NCBI GenBank assembly: GCA_963774265.1
Contig: CAVZDU010000001.1
Coordinates: 1,376,001-1,440,000 of the forward strand
DNA: 64,000 nt
Origin: an uncultured Chloroflexia bacterium
Lineage (GTDB): Bacteria; Chloroflexota; Anaerolineae; CG2-30-64-16
Reading direction: 5' to 3'
The notes under the pieces were generated by a model, which was not told where the DNA came from, did not search any database, and saw nothing but the letters and a program-made list of their open reading frames with translations. Shown in pieces: positions 63,123 through 64,000 of the stretch. The position numbers were made by a program, and so were the translations under genes. Each line of letters begins with the position of its first letter. Position 1 is the first letter of the stretch.

Positions 63123-63962
63123 CTAAAGATCGCGTCGGGAAAACAGGCGCACCGCAATCGCCAGGGCTGCAACGACGTAGAGTACCGCATAACCCACCAT
63201 CAGGGGACTTGGCGTGCTGGCCGCACCGAAAGGTGTGGCATCGAGCCCCAGGTTGCTCAGGAACGGCGGCTGTAGGAGGTACGCAGCGCGCTTCCACATT
63301 GCTTCGCTCGGCATGAGAAGGCTCACCACAATGCCCGTGTTGATGGCCGCCTCGTTGCGGAGCATGGCGCCTATTTGTTCGATCCACCCGGCGATGAATG
63401 CCAGACCATAGAGCATGAACACCACAACGCCGTTGGCAAGTGCTGGCAGCCGAGTGCCGCCCAGAATTGAGAGAGTCAGCACCACCAACCCTTCAAGAAC
63501 AATCAGCAGCATGGCCGGCAAGGGGTTGGGCGGCAGGTAGCGGGTGATGGTCCATACGATGCCGATCAACGCGCCGCACATGACCACGATGAACAAACTC
63601 AACATCGCCGCGAGGCCCAGCCATTTACCCACGACCACCTCCCAGCGGCGCAGCGGCTTAGTCACCAGTGTCTGGATCGTACCAGACGTGATTTCACCTG
63701 CGATCGTGTCGACAGAAATAAGTAGCGCAAGCACTACGCCAAGGAAGGCAACGCCGTACATCCCCGCCAGGACGAAGAAGTTTACCGGCTCCAACATTCG
63801 CACAGTTGCGATATCGTTGTACCGACCCATGTCACGCCACATGAAGTAGAAGCCGACGCCGTAGACGATCAGGAAGGCGAGGCCGAGCAAGATGATGGCC
63901 CACGCCACCTTGCGCCAACGTGCCTCCATGAACGTGATGCCAGCGATCTTCAGCAGGTTCAT
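63123..63962 (-). CDS. ABC-2 type transporter permease
   Basis: IAGEITSGTIQTLVTKPLRRWEVVVGKWLG, C-terminal FSRRDL. Confidence 0.9.
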   Translation of the reverse strand: MNLLKIAGITFMEARWRKVAWAIILLGLAFLIVYGVGFYFMWRDMGRYNDIATVRMLEPVNFFVLAGMYGVAFLGVVLALLISVDTIAGEITSGTIQTLVTKPLRRWEVVVGKWLGLAAMLSLFIVVMCGALIGIVWTITRYLPPNPLPAMLLIVLEGLVVLTLSILGGTRLPALANGVVVFMLYGLAFIAGWIEQIGAMLRNEAAINTGIVVSLLMPSEAMWKRAAYLLQPPFLSNLGLDATPFGAASTPSPLMVGYAVLYVVAALAIAVRLFSRRDL

Positions 63963-64000
63963 GCCGATTCCTCCGACATCACGCGCATGAAAAGCTCCTC
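63959..64000 (-). CDS. C-terminal end of a probable ABC-2 ATPase (partial)
   Basis: EELFMRVMSEESA* resembles the (L)EELF tail of ABC-2 ATPases; TGA overlaps the permease ATG. Confidence 0.6.
   Translation of the reverse strand, partial: EELFMRVMSEESA

Overview
GC-rich bacterial chromosomal segment, most likely Chloroflexota (Anaerolineae/Caldilineae-like; inferred from the lipoproteins with VVEK/ATEAP and Thr/Pro-rich linkers, and from an isopentenyl phosphate kinase plus AcnX pair). About 20 single-base frameshifts fall in otherwise intact genes, including ftsK and selA, which points to an unpolished long-read assembly. Contents in order: (1) a minus-strand beta-mannan/beta-glucoside operon (LacI regulator with a perfect CelR-type operator, Opp-type sugar ABC transporter, YdjC deacetylase, GH2 beta-mannosidase, GH3 beta-glucosidase); (2) dnaE and an O-antigen-ligase-like gene; (3) a CPBP protease, an InhA/M6-like metalloprotease, a BNR propeller protein with a duplicated unknown domain, SIMPL, and a cyclase-DapA-like-PRT operon; (4) a complete 1528-bp IS with TIRs and an 8-bp TSD; (5) a maltodextrin ABC locus with a GT39-propeller fusion, GH13 and GH31; (6) GNAT, a 7TM/HTH sensor, an S1 paralog, ftsK, tRNA-Val, selA, and archaeal-type mevalonate pathway genes; (7) an rseP-LysM-HEAT-TPR-FecR-GT39 gene run carrying nine same-strand copies of a 20-bp double-hairpin repeat (TCCCANAGGGAYGGTTCCCA), several in frame inside proteins; (8) MFS, DUF3048, a candidate anti-SD small RNA, an SLT-TPR protein and an ABC permease. 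All family calls come from motif recognition by eye; no database searches were run.
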